A stretch of DNA of 64,000 nucleotides from the NCBI GenBank assembly GCA_009859145.1, contig VRVR01000026.1:62001-126000 (forward strand), given 5' to 3'. The position numbers and the translations under genes are program-made. Shown here piece after piece: positions 22,095 through 32,980 of the stretch (its first letter is position 1; each line of letters opens with the position of its first letter). The notes beneath the pieces were generated by a model that ran no database searches, had not been told where the DNA came from, and saw only the letters and a list, made by a program, of their open reading frames with translations. The DNA is from Andalucia godoyi And28. Taxonomy: Eukaryota > Protista > Jakobida.

Positions 22095-22530
22095 CTCACC
22101 TCCACGTTCACCTTAACCAATTTCACCCAATCACCTCCCTTCCTCTCAAGCATCGCTGCAACTCCCTTCTTTTAACGGATATCTTCTCCAAGAGATGCTC
22201 ATTGCATTTTATTTTTTTTTAATCTGTCGGTTGTGCGAGCCGAAATGCAACGAAAGGTCTGCCGGACCTTGCGGAATTCTGCTGTCTCGGAGAGATCGAT
22301 GATCATCCGATGCACCGAGTGCATCGCAGACAGCGGAAGAAAAGAGGAAAATACATGTGTATGTAAAGATTTGGAGGGAAGGTTTTTACCTGAACTCCTT
22401 TCCTTGTTCTTTGTTCCGTGGTCTTGTTCTTGAGCATTGTGTCCTTTTTCTTTCTTTCTTGGGAACCGGAAGGATTATGGCATAAGAGGAAGAAGAAAAT
22501 AGAACGACGGTGAAGGAGGGGGAGAGTCAA

Positions 22531-24954
22531 ATGTCTGTAGAGAGGTTAATTGATTTGGATCAGACGATTATGCGTCGTTCGCGACCGTTTTTGAAGGATC
22601 GCAACGGGGAAGAAGAGATTGTTCGGTCATCTTCGGCTCTCATCACTCGATTATCAAACCGACAGCATTCAGCATTCAGCGAACCAACCTCCAGTGCAAG
22701 TGCCAGTGTCGTTGCCGGCGGTGCATCACAGTGTCCCGTCAAAACTTCGTCGATGGAGCAGTATTTGCCGAGTGATACGGTCTCAGACTCTTTGCGACTG
22801 TTAGAACATCACTATGACATGGTTGGCCGGCTTGGAAAAGACACGACGATTCAGACGTTTTCAAAATCAGTGAGCGAAAACATCAAGGAAGCAGCGTCGT
22901 GTTCCGTCGCATCTGCGTCTTCATCTGCATCGTCGTCATCGGAGCGACAGAGAACTAGTCGTGGGAACTTGTTTGACCAAGGAGTACTTATTCAGCGAGA
23001 TGAAGTCCATGTGGGGCCCATGAAGAAGATGATGCAGACTGCATTTCCAAGCATGATATGGATGAAGGACTATGTCAAGGGATCGTATCGCAAGAAATGG
23101 AAAGGCGATCTGAGTGCGGGTCTCACAGTGGGTGCGCTTCTAGTACCGCAGTCCATGGCCTATGCGTTGCTTGCGGGACTGCCTCCAGTACAAGGATTGT
23201 ACGCATCGTTTCTACCGCTGTTTGCGTATGCATTTCTTGGAACTTCGCCGCACTTGGCCGTCGGTCCCGTGGCAATTGTGTCACTCTTGACTGCTGCCTC
23301 CGTGCAAGAGCTTGATCCGGCATCCGATGCGGAATATGCATCGTATGCCGCAACCCTTGCTGTGCTCGCTGGACTGTTCCAAATCGTATTTGGACTGGCC
23401 AGACTTGGCGTTGTGGTCACAAATGTCTTGTCGCATCCTGTTGTCTCGGGCTTTGTGTCCGCTGCTGCGCTCGTAATCGCTTCTTCCCAGCTAAAGTATC
23501 TGTTTGGGCTGAAGTTCAAGTCATCCGAAAACTTTTTTGCTGTCCTTGCAGATACCGTTGGACACATGGGAGGCATCAATTGGGCGGCGGTGATCATGAG
23601 TGTGATTTGTCTGTTAATCTTGTTTGCCATCAAGAAATCAAAGAAGAGAATTCCAGGACCGCTCATTGTCGTTGTTCTTGGAATTACCATTACTTATGCT
23701 GCGGAACTGCATGTGAAGTTTAACCTTCCTGTTGTTGGCACGATTCCCTCTGGACTGTCCTATCCAACTTTTCCTGTTGTTGAAAATGTGGGGCATCTCG
23801 GAGAACTGATCGTGTCTGCGGTCTCCATTTCTTTTGTGGGGTATATCGAAAGCATTTCGATCGCCACAAGCTTGGCAGCAAAGAACCAGATCACCATCCG
23901 ATCAAACCAAGAACTGATTGCGTTGGGTGTTTCGGATGTCGTTGCTGGGCTGTTTCAAGCTTTCCCGGTAACGGGAGGCTTTTCAAGAACGGCAGTGAAT
24001 GTCAATGCCGGCGCACAATCCCAGTTTGCAAGCATTCTTACTTCCATCATCATTATGCTGACGTGCTTGCTTCTCACTCCACTCTTCTATTATCTCCCCT
24101 ATGCGGTTCTGGGAAGCATTGTTGTCATGGCAGTCATTCCACTGGTGGATTACACGGAGGCCATATTTTGTTTCAAGACTTCTCGTATTGATTTTGCAAT
24201 CCTTACCGTTGCGTTTTGTGCAACATTGGCTATTTCCGTAGAGGTTGGGATCATGTCTGCCCTGGCGTGCTCTGTGGTCCTTGTGATCCACAAATCTTCG
24301 AAGCCGCTGGTTCGCGTGCTCGGAAGGGTGCCCTACACCACGGAATTCACCGACGTCGATCATTCCGAGATCAGCAAAGTGGATCTTGTCATGTCACCAT
24401 CGGTTCTGGTGCTTCGCGTGGATGGGCATGTCTTCTTCGTCAACGCGCGGTATGTTTGCGACTCGATCTTGGTGGCCGCGAAGCAATCGCATGTTCGAGT
24501 GGTTGTGTTGGACATGGCACTTGTGGAATCCATGGATAGCTCCACACTTGCAGAATTCTCCGAATGCATGAAGATTGCAGAGAAGCGTAAGACTGCCCTT
24601 TGTTTTGCGTCTGTGCGTCCGAGTGTTCGTCATGTCATGACCCGCTCAGGTATGTACGAGAAAGCCTGGTTTGCGGAAACTGTTTTTGACGCGGTGCGTG
24701 CAGCCGAGGAAGATCCAGAGTCTAGAAAGCATCTGCCTGAAGATCCGCAAGCCACCGTCCATATCAAGATCGATGAAGACAAGTCGTTCGATTTGCAGCA
24801 AGAAGATGACGTGCAGGTTACCCGAAGTAACGGCCAGTTTACCTCGACCGATGCGTTAAACAACGACGACAACGCCGTCCGGTACGGATCGGTCCACGAT
24901 ACAAGCGGATTGTTAGATGATGATCTCAACAGCAGCGATAGCGATGTACGGTGA
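22531..24954 (+). CDS. SulP/SLC26 anion transporter with STAS domain
   Basis: GDLSAGLTVGALLVPQSMAYALLAGLPPVQGLY, NQELIALG, GGFSRTAVN, and STAS (VVVLDMALVESMDSS). Confidence 0.96.
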   Translation: MSVERLIDLDQTIMRRSRPFLKDRNGEEEIVRSSSALITRLSNRQHSAFSEPTSSASASVVAGGASQCPVKTSSMEQYLPSDTVSDSLRLLEHHYDMVGRLGKDTTIQTFSKSVSENIKEAASCSVASASSSASSSSERQRTSRGNLFDQGVLIQRDEVHVGPMKKMMQTAFPSMIWMKDYVKGSYRKKWKGDLSAGLTVGALLVPQSMAYALLAGLPPVQGLYASFLPLFAYAFLGTSPHLAVGPVAIVSLLTAASVQELDPASDAEYASYAATLAVLAGLFQIVFGLARLGVVVTNVLSHPVVSGFVSAAALVIASSQLKYLFGLKFKSSENFFAVLADTVGHMGGINWAAVIMSVICLLILFAIKKSKKRIPGPLIVVVLGITITYAAELHVKFNLPVVGTIPSGLSYPTFPVVENVGHLGELIVSAVSISFVGYIESISIATSLAAKNQITIRSNQELIALGVSDVVAGLFQAFPVTGGFSRTAVNVNAGAQSQFASILTSIIIMLTCLLLTPLFYYLPYAVLGSIVVMAVIPLVDYTEAIFCFKTSRIDFAILTVAFCATLAISVEVGIMSALACSVVLVIHKSSKPLVRVLGRVPYTTEFTDVDHSEISKVDLVMSPSVLVLRVDGHVFFVNARYVCDSILVAAKQSHVRVVVLDMALVESMDSSTLAEFSECMKIAEKRKTALCFASVRPSVRHVMTRSGMYEKAWFAETVFDAVRAAEEDPESRKHLPEDPQATVHIKIDEDKSFDLQQEDDVQVTRSNGQFTSTDALNNDDNAVRYGSVHDTSGLLDDDLNSSDSDVR

Positions 24955-24984
24955 ATAAAACCCATACTCCCCTGCACCGCTCTT

Positions 24985-25017
<33 letters not shown>

Positions 25018-25400
25018 CTCATCATTGGTTTTCGGGGTGCGCTGTCGTACTCCTCCTTTCAGCCCTTCCCCGGTCTCAACTCTCTTCCGTCATCCCCGAG
25101 CTTGATTCTACACGTTTTTCGCTCATTAGGAAAAGAATCTCTGCAGTCCGCCACAAGTGGAGTGTGCTACATGCATTTTCTCTTTTGACATTTTCGATAA
25201 TTCGCCATTTACTTTTTTAATGGTCTGTTTTTAAAAAAATTACCAAACCGCTTTTCCTTCTTCTTTTCCCCCTTTGTTTCCTTGTTTCCTTGTTTCCTTT
25301 CTCCTGCTGTTGGCTGGATCCTGTTTAGTCGTGTATTTGGCTTTTCGCTCCTCCTCCTCCTCCAAAACAAAAACAAAAAAACAAAACAAGAAAGGAAGAG

Positions 25401-28184
25401 ATGCCGCAATCGTATCTCCGGTATACACTTCAAACAGAAAGAGGAGCAATCTATGGGGGGAACACCCGGCTTGTGTCCCATGGCCAGCTTTTGGTTTCTC
25501 CGGCGCAATCGCAAGTCCTTGTTTATCGCGGCAGTTCGTTGTTGCACAGAATTGTTCCAGGTCCGACCTCGTCATCCGTATTAACGTATTCGAATGGAGG
25601 CGGTGCAATCTACACATCGTTTGATCCAAAAATGAATGTGTCTGCCCTTGCTTCCTCGACTCCGCGCGATTTGATTGCGATTGGCAGGGAAAACGGCCGA
25701 GTTGACATCGTCCATCTTGCCCGCGGGTTGGAATGTACGCTGATTGGCCACCACTCGAGAGTCACGGCGCTTTCGTTTTCGACGGATGGGCTGTCGCTCA
25801 CAAGTGCATCTGCAGACGGTGTTGTTTGTGTGTGGGACATCCCTTCGCAGGCCAAGGTTCGAACTTGGGAAGCCCATTCAAACGTGATTACCAACATCTG
25901 CTTATTCCAGGATTTTACAATTACTTGCAGTTTGGACCATCTTGTACGCATCTGGGACCAAACAGGTGCATGCATAGATACATTGACTGAACTGTCACAC
26001 CCGATTTGGAACTGCGCTGTGCATGCGGGCCGTGCGGTGCTGGTGGTGTCTGCTGTTGGAATGGATCTTGCGGTGTACGATCTTTCTGGTCTGGCGGATA
26101 CAGGGAAGTCTCGATTCCTGGGGCTGATGAAAGCAGCGCAGTTGAGGGGAAACGTTACCATTCTCGAATTCTCCACCGATGGTGAATACTTGCTTGCGAA
26201 CGACGGCTCGAGAATAGCATTTGTTTGGAAAGTTGTTGTGGAGGAAGACCAAATCAAATCGAAGAAGAAAAAACTGGAAAAGAAGAAGAAGGAGAAGGCC
26301 ACAAAGCAGCAGCAGAAGGGAAGTGCAGAAGAGAAAAATGCGGGTGACGATGGGGAACTGGCGAATGAAAACGAGGACGAGGACGAGGACGAGGACGAGA
26401 ATGAAGCCTTGCTGTATTTTTCTCTGCGTGGAACATTGGCCCTTGATAAAAAGGCAAGATCGGTGCAGTTTTCGAGATCAGAGTCCGTTCCGGTTTCCTC
26501 GAAGGACAAAAAGAAGAGCAGCAAGAAGAACAACGAGACCAACGCGACAATGTACAAAGTGTCGATTGGGTATGCGAACAACAAGATTGATGTCTGCAGT
26601 GTGGCCGTCGACTCGCTTCCGCAAGTTGCAGCGGCAGAGGCACCGATCGAACGTCTCGGTCATAGATCAGATGTTCGAGCGATCGCTTTCTCAAATGAAT
26701 CCACGTTTGTAATTTCGACGGATTCCTCAAACATAATGGTGTGGGCTTTCCCATCATTTTCTGTCTCGTCTGTTGTCGAGCTGCCGGATAACGCGTATCC
26801 ATTGTCGCTTGTTGTCTTGAAAGGCGACCGATATGCAGCGATCGGGACAAAGGAAGGCGATATTCTTCTCTTGGACTTGAACACGCTGGAGTTCACGGAT
26901 CGCGTTGCCGCACACACAGGATCAGTGTGGTCTCTGGCCGTGGATGTGCCTTCTTCCAAGGACGCGGTGATCGTCAGCGGCTCTGCAGACAAGACAGTGA
27001 AGTTTTGGAACCCAATGATACGTGCAGGGAAGTTGACGTTGGAGGAGTCACAGGAGCTTCGCCTTGAAGATGATGTCTTGGCCGTCAAGCTGACGTCGAA
27101 GTTTGTGATTGCAGCAACCTTGGATCACCAAGCACGTGTGTTCTACAGGGATTCGCTGAAGTTCTTCCTGGCAATGTACGGACATTCGCTTCCAATATTG
27201 TCGTTGGACGTAACTGACGATGAGTCACTGCTGATTACTGGCAGTGCCGACAAGACTGTACGAATATGGGGTCTGGATTATGGTGACTGCCATCGGGTTT
27301 TGAAAAAGGCACATGACGACTCTGTGTTGCAAGTAGTGACGATTCCACGGACCCATTTTGCAGTAACTGCTGGCAAAGACGGCCGAGTGATTGCTTGGGA
27401 TTGCGACCGATTCGAGAGAATTCAGTACATGTCTGCTGGCTGCGCTTTTGTATGGGCCCTTGATGTGTCTCATGATGGCCTTCATGTCATTGCTGCGGGT
27501 TCCGACCGTGTGATTCGTCGTTTCGAAAAGGAAAAGGAAGAAATCATTTTCCCCCAGGAGGAGGAAGAAAAAGAACGCAACATTGCCATCGACGAAGAAA
27601 TGAAGAGCCAAAAGAAACAGGGCGTGGTTGCTGTCGAGGCATATTCGATTGCGGAATGGTTCGAGACCGAGATCGAGCAAGCCGAAAAGAATGAAAGCCC
27701 CGTTTACGAAGTGGTTTTGCGTGGGCTGTATGAGATGAAATTTGTCCAAGATCAACCGGAACCTGGTGTTCCCGCATCCTTGCTGCAGTCTGTCATTGCA
27801 ATGTTGTCGTCCGATACTGTGCATGTCTTTATCAGTGCGCTTTGGACCACCCTGGACGACAGCACATTCGCGCACCGCCATTCGCAAATCATCCAAGTGC
27901 TCCTCACCATCATCAAGCAACATCACGGAACGATGCTTGCCAAGCGAGATCGATCCGTTCTTCGTTCCGAAGCCGAGCTCTTCAAGGTGCAGAGCATGCT
28001 GCAGCGTCAAAAAGATCTTCTCGGGGTGAATCTTGCGGCCCTTGACTCTCTGCGTCGCCGGATGGAAGACCAGAACAAGGACTGGGTGTTCCTCGATGTC
28101 ACAAAGTACCGTTCCACCACCGATCGCGCTTCTGCTGCTGCCGTTGCCCCATCTGCAAAGAGACCCAAGAAATCCGATTTGTAA
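25401..28184 (+). CDS. UTP12: U3 snoRNP-associated WD40 protein Utp12/WDR3/Dip2
   Basis: MPQSYLRY N-terminus, GHRSDVR, multiple WD repeats, LKFFLAMYGHSLP, WGLDYGDCHR and a Utp12-type C-terminus. Confidence 0.93.
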   Translation: MPQSYLRYTLQTERGAIYGGNTRLVSHGQLLVSPAQSQVLVYRGSSLLHRIVPGPTSSSVLTYSNGGGAIYTSFDPKMNVSALASSTPRDLIAIGRENGRVDIVHLARGLECTLIGHHSRVTALSFSTDGLSLTSASADGVVCVWDIPSQAKVRTWEAHSNVITNICLFQDFTITCSLDHLVRIWDQTGACIDTLTELSHPIWNCAVHAGRAVLVVSAVGMDLAVYDLSGLADTGKSRFLGLMKAAQLRGNVTILEFSTDGEYLLANDGSRIAFVWKVVVEEDQIKSKKKKLEKKKKEKATKQQQKGSAEEKNAGDDGELANENEDEDEDEDENEALLYFSLRGTLALDKKARSVQFSRSESVPVSSKDKKKSSKKNNETNATMYKVSIGYANNKIDVCSVAVDSLPQVAAAEAPIERLGHRSDVRAIAFSNESTFVISTDSSNIMVWAFPSFSVSSVVELPDNAYPLSLVVLKGDRYAAIGTKEGDILLLDLNTLEFTDRVAAHTGSVWSLAVDVPSSKDAVIVSGSADKTVKFWNPMIRAGKLTLEESQELRLEDDVLAVKLTSKFVIAATLDHQARVFYRDSLKFFLAMYGHSLPILSLDVTDDESLLITGSADKTVRIWGLDYGDCHRVLKKAHDDSVLQVVTIPRTHFAVTAGKDGRVIAWDCDRFERIQYMSAGCAFVWALDVSHDGLHVIAAGSDRVIRRFEKEKEEIIFPQEEEEKERNIAIDEEMKSQKKQGVVAVEAYSIAEWFETEIEQAEKNESPVYEVVLRGLYEMKFVQDQPEPGVPASLLQSVIAMLSSDTVHVFISALWTTLDDSTFAHRHSQIIQVLLTIIKQHHGTMLAKRDRSVLRSEAELFKVQSMLQRQKDLLGVNLAALDSLRRRMEDQNKDWVFLDVTKYRSTTDRASAAAVAPSAKRPKKSDL

Positions 28185-28445
28185 TGTCCAATTGCGTCTG
28201 CCTTTCTCTCTCTCTCTCTCTCTCTTTCTTCCTTCCTTCCCTTCATGTAAAGTTTCTGCTTCTATCTTGTAGCGCCAATCTTTGTGTCATCTTGTTTATC
28301 AATCAATACAAATAGCAATATAATAACGGGACACTCCTCTCCTGAACCCAGCGTGAAAGAAGAGGAAGAAAGGAAAACGATCCAATGTTTCTCTTTCTTG
28401 CAAGCGAACAACGCAATCCAACAGGCTCCCCTTCTTAGCGACTTG

Positions 28446-28910
28446 TTACGCAGTTGCCATTTCTCGAAGTTTCTTCTGCATTTTTCTGGCAGGGTTCATT
28501 TCATCGTCCATTTCAAGCCTCACGGCCTTTCTCAAGATGCTATTGCGCACTCGCGAGCACTTTTCTGCGCAACTGAAGCCAAGATCCAGCGCAGATAGCC
28601 CAGCGCAGCGCTCCAAACACAACTGCTCAGCACGCTCAATCGTCCGTTCGATCTTTTCGTCTTCTTTTCGTTGTCTTGCATCAAACCCTCCAAACTCCGG
28701 AACCACGCTCTCTTTGCTGTCTGTCTCAACACGACCGCCACGAAGCACATCGGAAACCCCGGGAAATCCATTGCCAAACAACTCTGAAACTCTCCGCTGA
28801 AGCCTTTCGTCCACATTGTCGGAACTCCCGCCGCGCTTATGATTCGGAAGCCCGCTGCTCAAACAACACAGCACCGCCAGCAAAACCACCACGGATAACA
28901 CCAAACGCAT
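28446..28910 (-). CDS. Small secreted protein with a CX3C-X11-CX3C motif
   Basis: Hydrophobic signal peptide MRLVLSVVVLLAVLCCLSSG, CLERCAGLSALDLGFSCAEKC, and several dibasic sites. Confidence 0.7.
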   Translation of the reverse strand: MRLVLSVVVLLAVLCCLSSGLPNHKRGGSSDNVDERLQRRVSELFGNGFPGVSDVLRGGRVETDSKESVVPEFGGFDARQRKEDEKIERTIERAEQLCLERCAGLSALDLGFSCAEKCSRVRNSILRKAVRLEMDDEMNPARKMQKKLREMATA

Positions 28911-29006
28911 CTCCACTGAGCACAGAAAGAAAGAAAACTAAAATAGAATAAAATAAGAAAGGGAAAAAAAATTGTTATGATGGTCAGTGCTCCTAATCCC
29001 ACTGCT

Positions 29007-29048
<42 letters not shown>

Positions 29049-29351
29049 AATGATAATATAATGATGAGGAAGGTCAGCACTCCAAATACAGAAATTCGCA
29101 GCAAATAGGGAATCAGCGGACGATTCGGCCTTTTAACTACAGTCCTGCGCTGTTTTTTTTAAAGGTGGATCTGTTTCCTGCCGTAAAAATACACGGGGAA
29201 AGTTCAAGTCGGTCAACTCGAATAACGCAAAGCGAACTTGCGAATTCAGCGTTATTACTTTTTTAAAATCAAAAATATGATTTAGATTTTAAATCATTGA
29301 ATGGATTATTAATTAGTGGGAAAGACGCACACAACTCCACAGACAGAGAGT

Positions 29352-29352
<1 letters not shown>

Positions 29353-29430
<78 letters not shown>
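29353..29430. repeat. (AG)n microsatellite
   Basis: Dinucleotide run immediately upstream of the p47 ATG. Confidence 0.95.
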
Positions 29431-29431
<1 letters not shown>

Positions 29432-29432
29432 C

Positions 29433-30689
29433 ATGAGTGATCCTGTATCCGAGTTTTTGGCGCTTACTGGTGCGCAGCCTTCTGAAGCGCAGGTTTACTT
29501 GGAGATGGCCGAAGGGGACTCCGAGGTTGCGGCAGCCCTGTATCTTTCATCCCAGCCTTCAAAACCCAGCAGTGGCGCTGCTGCGGCGGGTGCGACAGTG
29601 GCTTCCAATCGGCCAACGTCTACGTATGCAGATTCTCAGCCGAGCGCGCCGTCGTCGTCATCCACTGCAAAGCCATTTCCAACAATGAATACTTCTCGTG
29701 CTCGCGGCCAAATCACGACATTTGCATCGCTGAACAAGGAAGGTAGTGCAGCGGATGACGATGACGATGATGGAGATAACCCCGAGGAATATTACACGGG
29801 CGGTGAGAAGAGCGGACTTGCGGTTCAGAATCCAAACAGCAGCAAGAACAAAAAGAAGAAGCTGGCAGACGAGTTGTTGGAAATGGCGCAGAAGCACGGT
29901 GCAGAAAGCAAGGACGACTATGAGCGATCTATGAAGCAGCCGTTTCAAGGCACGGCGCATCGCCTGGGGCAAGTCCAGTCCATCAAGACACAGGGGTCGA
30001 TGCAGGACCAGGTGTTCCGAGTGCAAATCAAGTTTTTTGAAGACGGATTTGTGGTGCTTCCGCCGGATGCTGAGGAATGGGACTGCCCGCTGAGAGCGTA
30101 TGAGGCCCCTGATTCGAAGGTGTTTCTGGAGGCACTGAATGCGCAGAGAGTACCACCAGAGCTGATGAAGCTCTCAAAGGGAAAACAGGTGCATGTCGAT
30201 TTGTTGAAGGTGGACTCGAAGTACACGGCGCCGAAAAAGGAGTTTAGAGCGTTCAAAGGAACCGGCCATTCGCTTGCACCACCGGCGGAGTCACAGTTAT
30301 CGCATTCATCACAGTCGCAACAATCTTCGTCGGCGAGTGGCGGTGTTGCAGGGCTTGCCTCGGCGATTAGCGGATCGATTGGAAGTTTGTTCAAGAGTGG
30401 CACGGGCGTGTCTGCCGCGTCACCAGCCGCAGCACCGCCGACGCCAAAGTTTGAGCTTGTTCCAGGCAAGCCGACGGTGAAAGTAGCGGTGCGCACAAAA
30501 GACGGATCGCGGCTTGTTGGCGAATTTCATGCGGACCACACGGTGGGCCACATTCGGTCGTGGCTTGCATCGCAGAATCGACCTGTGGATGCACTATCCG
30601 TCGGCGGGAGACCAGGTGCACCCGCCAGAGACCTTGCAGATGCAGATTTGGTCGATTCTTTCAAAGGAGAAATGCTTGTGCAAAAATAA
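29433..30689 (+). CDS. NSFL1C: p97/Cdc48 cofactor p47/Shp1 (UBA-SEP-UBX)
   Basis: UBA-like VSEFLALTGA, YYTGGEKSGLAVQNP, SHP boxes FQGTAHRLG and FKGTGHSL, SEP domain, and UBX (VAVRTKDGSRLVGEFHADHTVGHIR). Confidence 0.92.
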   Translation: MSDPVSEFLALTGAQPSEAQVYLEMAEGDSEVAAALYLSSQPSKPSSGAAAAGATVASNRPTSTYADSQPSAPSSSSTAKPFPTMNTSRARGQITTFASLNKEGSAADDDDDDGDNPEEYYTGGEKSGLAVQNPNSSKNKKKKLADELLEMAQKHGAESKDDYERSMKQPFQGTAHRLGQVQSIKTQGSMQDQVFRVQIKFFEDGFVVLPPDAEEWDCPLRAYEAPDSKVFLEALNAQRVPPELMKLSKGKQVHVDLLKVDSKYTAPKKEFRAFKGTGHSLAPPAESQLSHSSQSQQSSSASGGVAGLASAISGSIGSLFKSGTGVSAASPAAAPPTPKFELVPGKPTVKVAVRTKDGSRLVGEFHADHTVGHIRSWLASQNRPVDALSVGGRPGAPARDLADADLVDSFKGEMLVQK

Positions 30690-30883
30690 TAAACTAACGG
30701 AATGCGAAACTCTGTACACGTAATAATATGTTTGAAAAAATTTAAAAATGATTCAGCGTATGAGACCCACGATTCGACGTGATTCTTTTGCTGGGTATGC
30801 AAAGACACGCATGAAACTCGCGATTCGGGAAAATATACAATATGTACAGCATGTGTGTACGAACAAAACCACAGGGCTCTGAA

Positions 30884-32461
30884 TTACCAAGAAGATGCTT
30901 GCGTGCACAGCATTTCCCAGTCGCTTCGCACGACAGCAATCGCACACAATACCAGCGATACGGAAACGCCAATTAACCGAGCCGCAAGCATGCCTTGGAC
31001 TCCAAAATCCGTATATGTGAGCGATAAGAATGCAAGCAGCACAGTGATGCCCCAGGACCCTGCAATCGTGATAAACGGGTTGATGGATGCGCGGCCTTGG
31101 CCGTCAAGAACTGCCGAGACTGCGACGTACATCCCATATGCGACAAAGACGCCACCGCTCCATACAGCTAACGGTGCAGCATCGGCAACGACGTCTTCGT
31201 CACTGCTAAACACCCGGCCGATCCACGGATGAGTGGCAACGAACACGGAACAAACAAGAAGCGAGTAGGAAAATCCAGTAAGAGTCGCAATAGCAACGGA
31301 CCGTTTTCCGCCACGAACGTTGTTGGATCCGAGATGGTGGCCGACTCGAATCGCCGTAGCCTCCGAAAAACCATAGACGACCATTGCAAACAACTCGAAG
31401 ATTTCTGCAACCAAGTTGCACGCCGCAATCATGGAACTGGATCCGATTTTGATGGCCACAAGAATAGAAAGGACCATCGATTGTGCAACCTCGAGGAGGA
31501 TCGTAACCAAGTTTGCGCTGCACTGGATCCAAAATATCTTCCAAAGCTGTCGCAAGAACATCGCCTCGAGCATCGTTTGTGCCTCCTTTCCGTCCTTGAC
31601 AAGCAAATGAAGCCTCTCCGGCTGCTGCTGCTGCTGCTGCTGTTGTTGTTGTTGAGGTTGATGGCTCTTATCAACGTCCCCAAGAATGGGTATCCTACTG
31701 CCCCTCTCGGAATCGCTGTTGACGACAAACTCAACGTCCGCAAAACTCTGTGAGCGTGACGAATCTTCAGCGGTCGGCGAAACAGGGTCCTGATGCACCT
31801 CTGGCAATTCTTGATGTTTGTACGTTACCACCGCTGCGCAAAACAAGTCCAGTCCTGCACAAAGATTTGTGGTAAGCGCAGCGCCTTTGTATCCCCACAT
31901 CTGAATCAAGGGAAACGAGAGCGCAATGTGTGTACAGCAAACGAACAAGTCCATGTAAAATACCGGACCTGAAATGTGCATTGCAGAGACTCGATGCGTG
32001 AGATTTGTGGAAACTGCACTGAGGAACAGCGACGGCAGCAACAACCGCAAGAACTCACGGACAATGGACAAGTCGACATCGTTCACTCCGAATGCTTCAA
32101 ACATGTCTGCAGCAAAAATCCATAGAATCGACACCGGAATCATCAACAAAACATTAGAAATACCAGCAATCATCGTCCATGTGTTCACCATGAGCAGGTC
32201 GCCGCGACCAGCCGCCGGAGCCACAAGAGACGACTGTGAGATTGCAACCCCGTACCATGCAGAAATGGCAAATCCATATCCCCATACCTGAGCAAGTGAC
32301 ACGGATGCAACTTCTATCGTCGATCGAAACCCTAGAAAGAAGAGCTGCAATGTAAAAGGAAGAGATTCAACGAGATTCCCCAATACTGTGGACCAGGCAA
32401 CAGACATCCAGCTTCGGAATTCTCTTCCGAGCTTTTCTCGACTATACCATGCAGACTGCAT
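30884..32461 (-). CDS. MATE family efflux transporter
   Basis: Two hydrophobic halves with MATE motifs (SSLVAPAAG, IRVGHHLG, VLDGQGR, FGVQGM). Confidence 0.88.
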   Translation of the reverse strand: MQSAWYSREKLGREFRSWMSVAWSTVLGNLVESLPFTLQLFFLGFRSTIEVASVSLAQVWGYGFAISAWYGVAISQSSLVAPAAGRGDLLMVNTWTMIAGISNVLLMIPVSILWIFAADMFEAFGVNDVDLSIVREFLRLLLPSLFLSAVSTNLTHRVSAMHISGPVFYMDLFVCCTHIALSFPLIQMWGYKGAALTTNLCAGLDLFCAAVVTYKHQELPEVHQDPVSPTAEDSSRSQSFADVEFVVNSDSERGSRIPILGDVDKSHQPQQQQQQQQQQQPERLHLLVKDGKEAQTMLEAMFLRQLWKIFWIQCSANLVTILLEVAQSMVLSILVAIKIGSSSMIAACNLVAEIFELFAMVVYGFSEATAIRVGHHLGSNNVRGGKRSVAIATLTGFSYSLLVCSVFVATHPWIGRVFSSDEDVVADAAPLAVWSGGVFVAYGMYVAVSAVLDGQGRASINPFITIAGSWGITVLLAFLSLTYTDFGVQGMLAARLIGVSVSLVLCAIAVVRSDWEMLCTQASSW

Positions 32462-32980
32462 TGCTCGCTCGAACCCCTCTTTTTTTGATAAACAACAGAG
32501 ACAACAGCCTCATGAAAAGTTGGAAATAACAGAACAAAAAAAAAGTAATACAATATCTTTTGATGTTTTTATAGACTGATTGAAGAATCAAAATGAAAAA
32601 TAAAATAAAATAAAACAAGAACACATTCAAAACGCAATGGAATCTTCGGAAACCTCAAATTGATCGAATTCGAATCATCCGCGAAAGTTGCGCACCAAAG
32701 CATCGCGATTCCCGGAATCTCAAAGTCCAAAGTGCAGCAAAGACAGAAACGGGCGTCTGTCAGTGGATAAGATGTGCTGCGAGATGCATGTAGGCCGTCC
32801 TAACAATGATGTTGTACCAGAGTGTGGTGTGTGCATCTGCTGCACAAAAATTGCGATGAAATTTACCAAAGATAAACAACTGAAAATACAAATCATAACA
32901 GAAAGTGTAGGAGACTCCGGAAGATGGAGCGAGGAACTTTCTGCTGTTTTTTGTTTGTTTGTTTTGTTTTGTTTTTGTGC

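Noticed and set aside
22288-22320. GGAGAGA...CACCGA resemblance to a glycine riboswitch, and GCACCGAGT resemblance to a tracrRNA hairpin
   Set aside because: The remaining conserved elements (e.g. CUCUCAGG) are absent; short-word coincidence.
29221-29300. AT-rich inverted repeats upstream of p47 (AATAACGC/GCGTTATT; TTTAAAATC/GATTTTAAA)
   Set aside because: Short and low-complexity; expected by chance in AT-rich promoter DNA.
32690-32880. Faint TnpB-like words (KCSK...LSVD...PECGVCI) in the spacer between MATE and SDR
   Set aside because: No DRDxN motif and no shared nucleotide end motif with the other remnants; indistinguishable from chance without a profile search.
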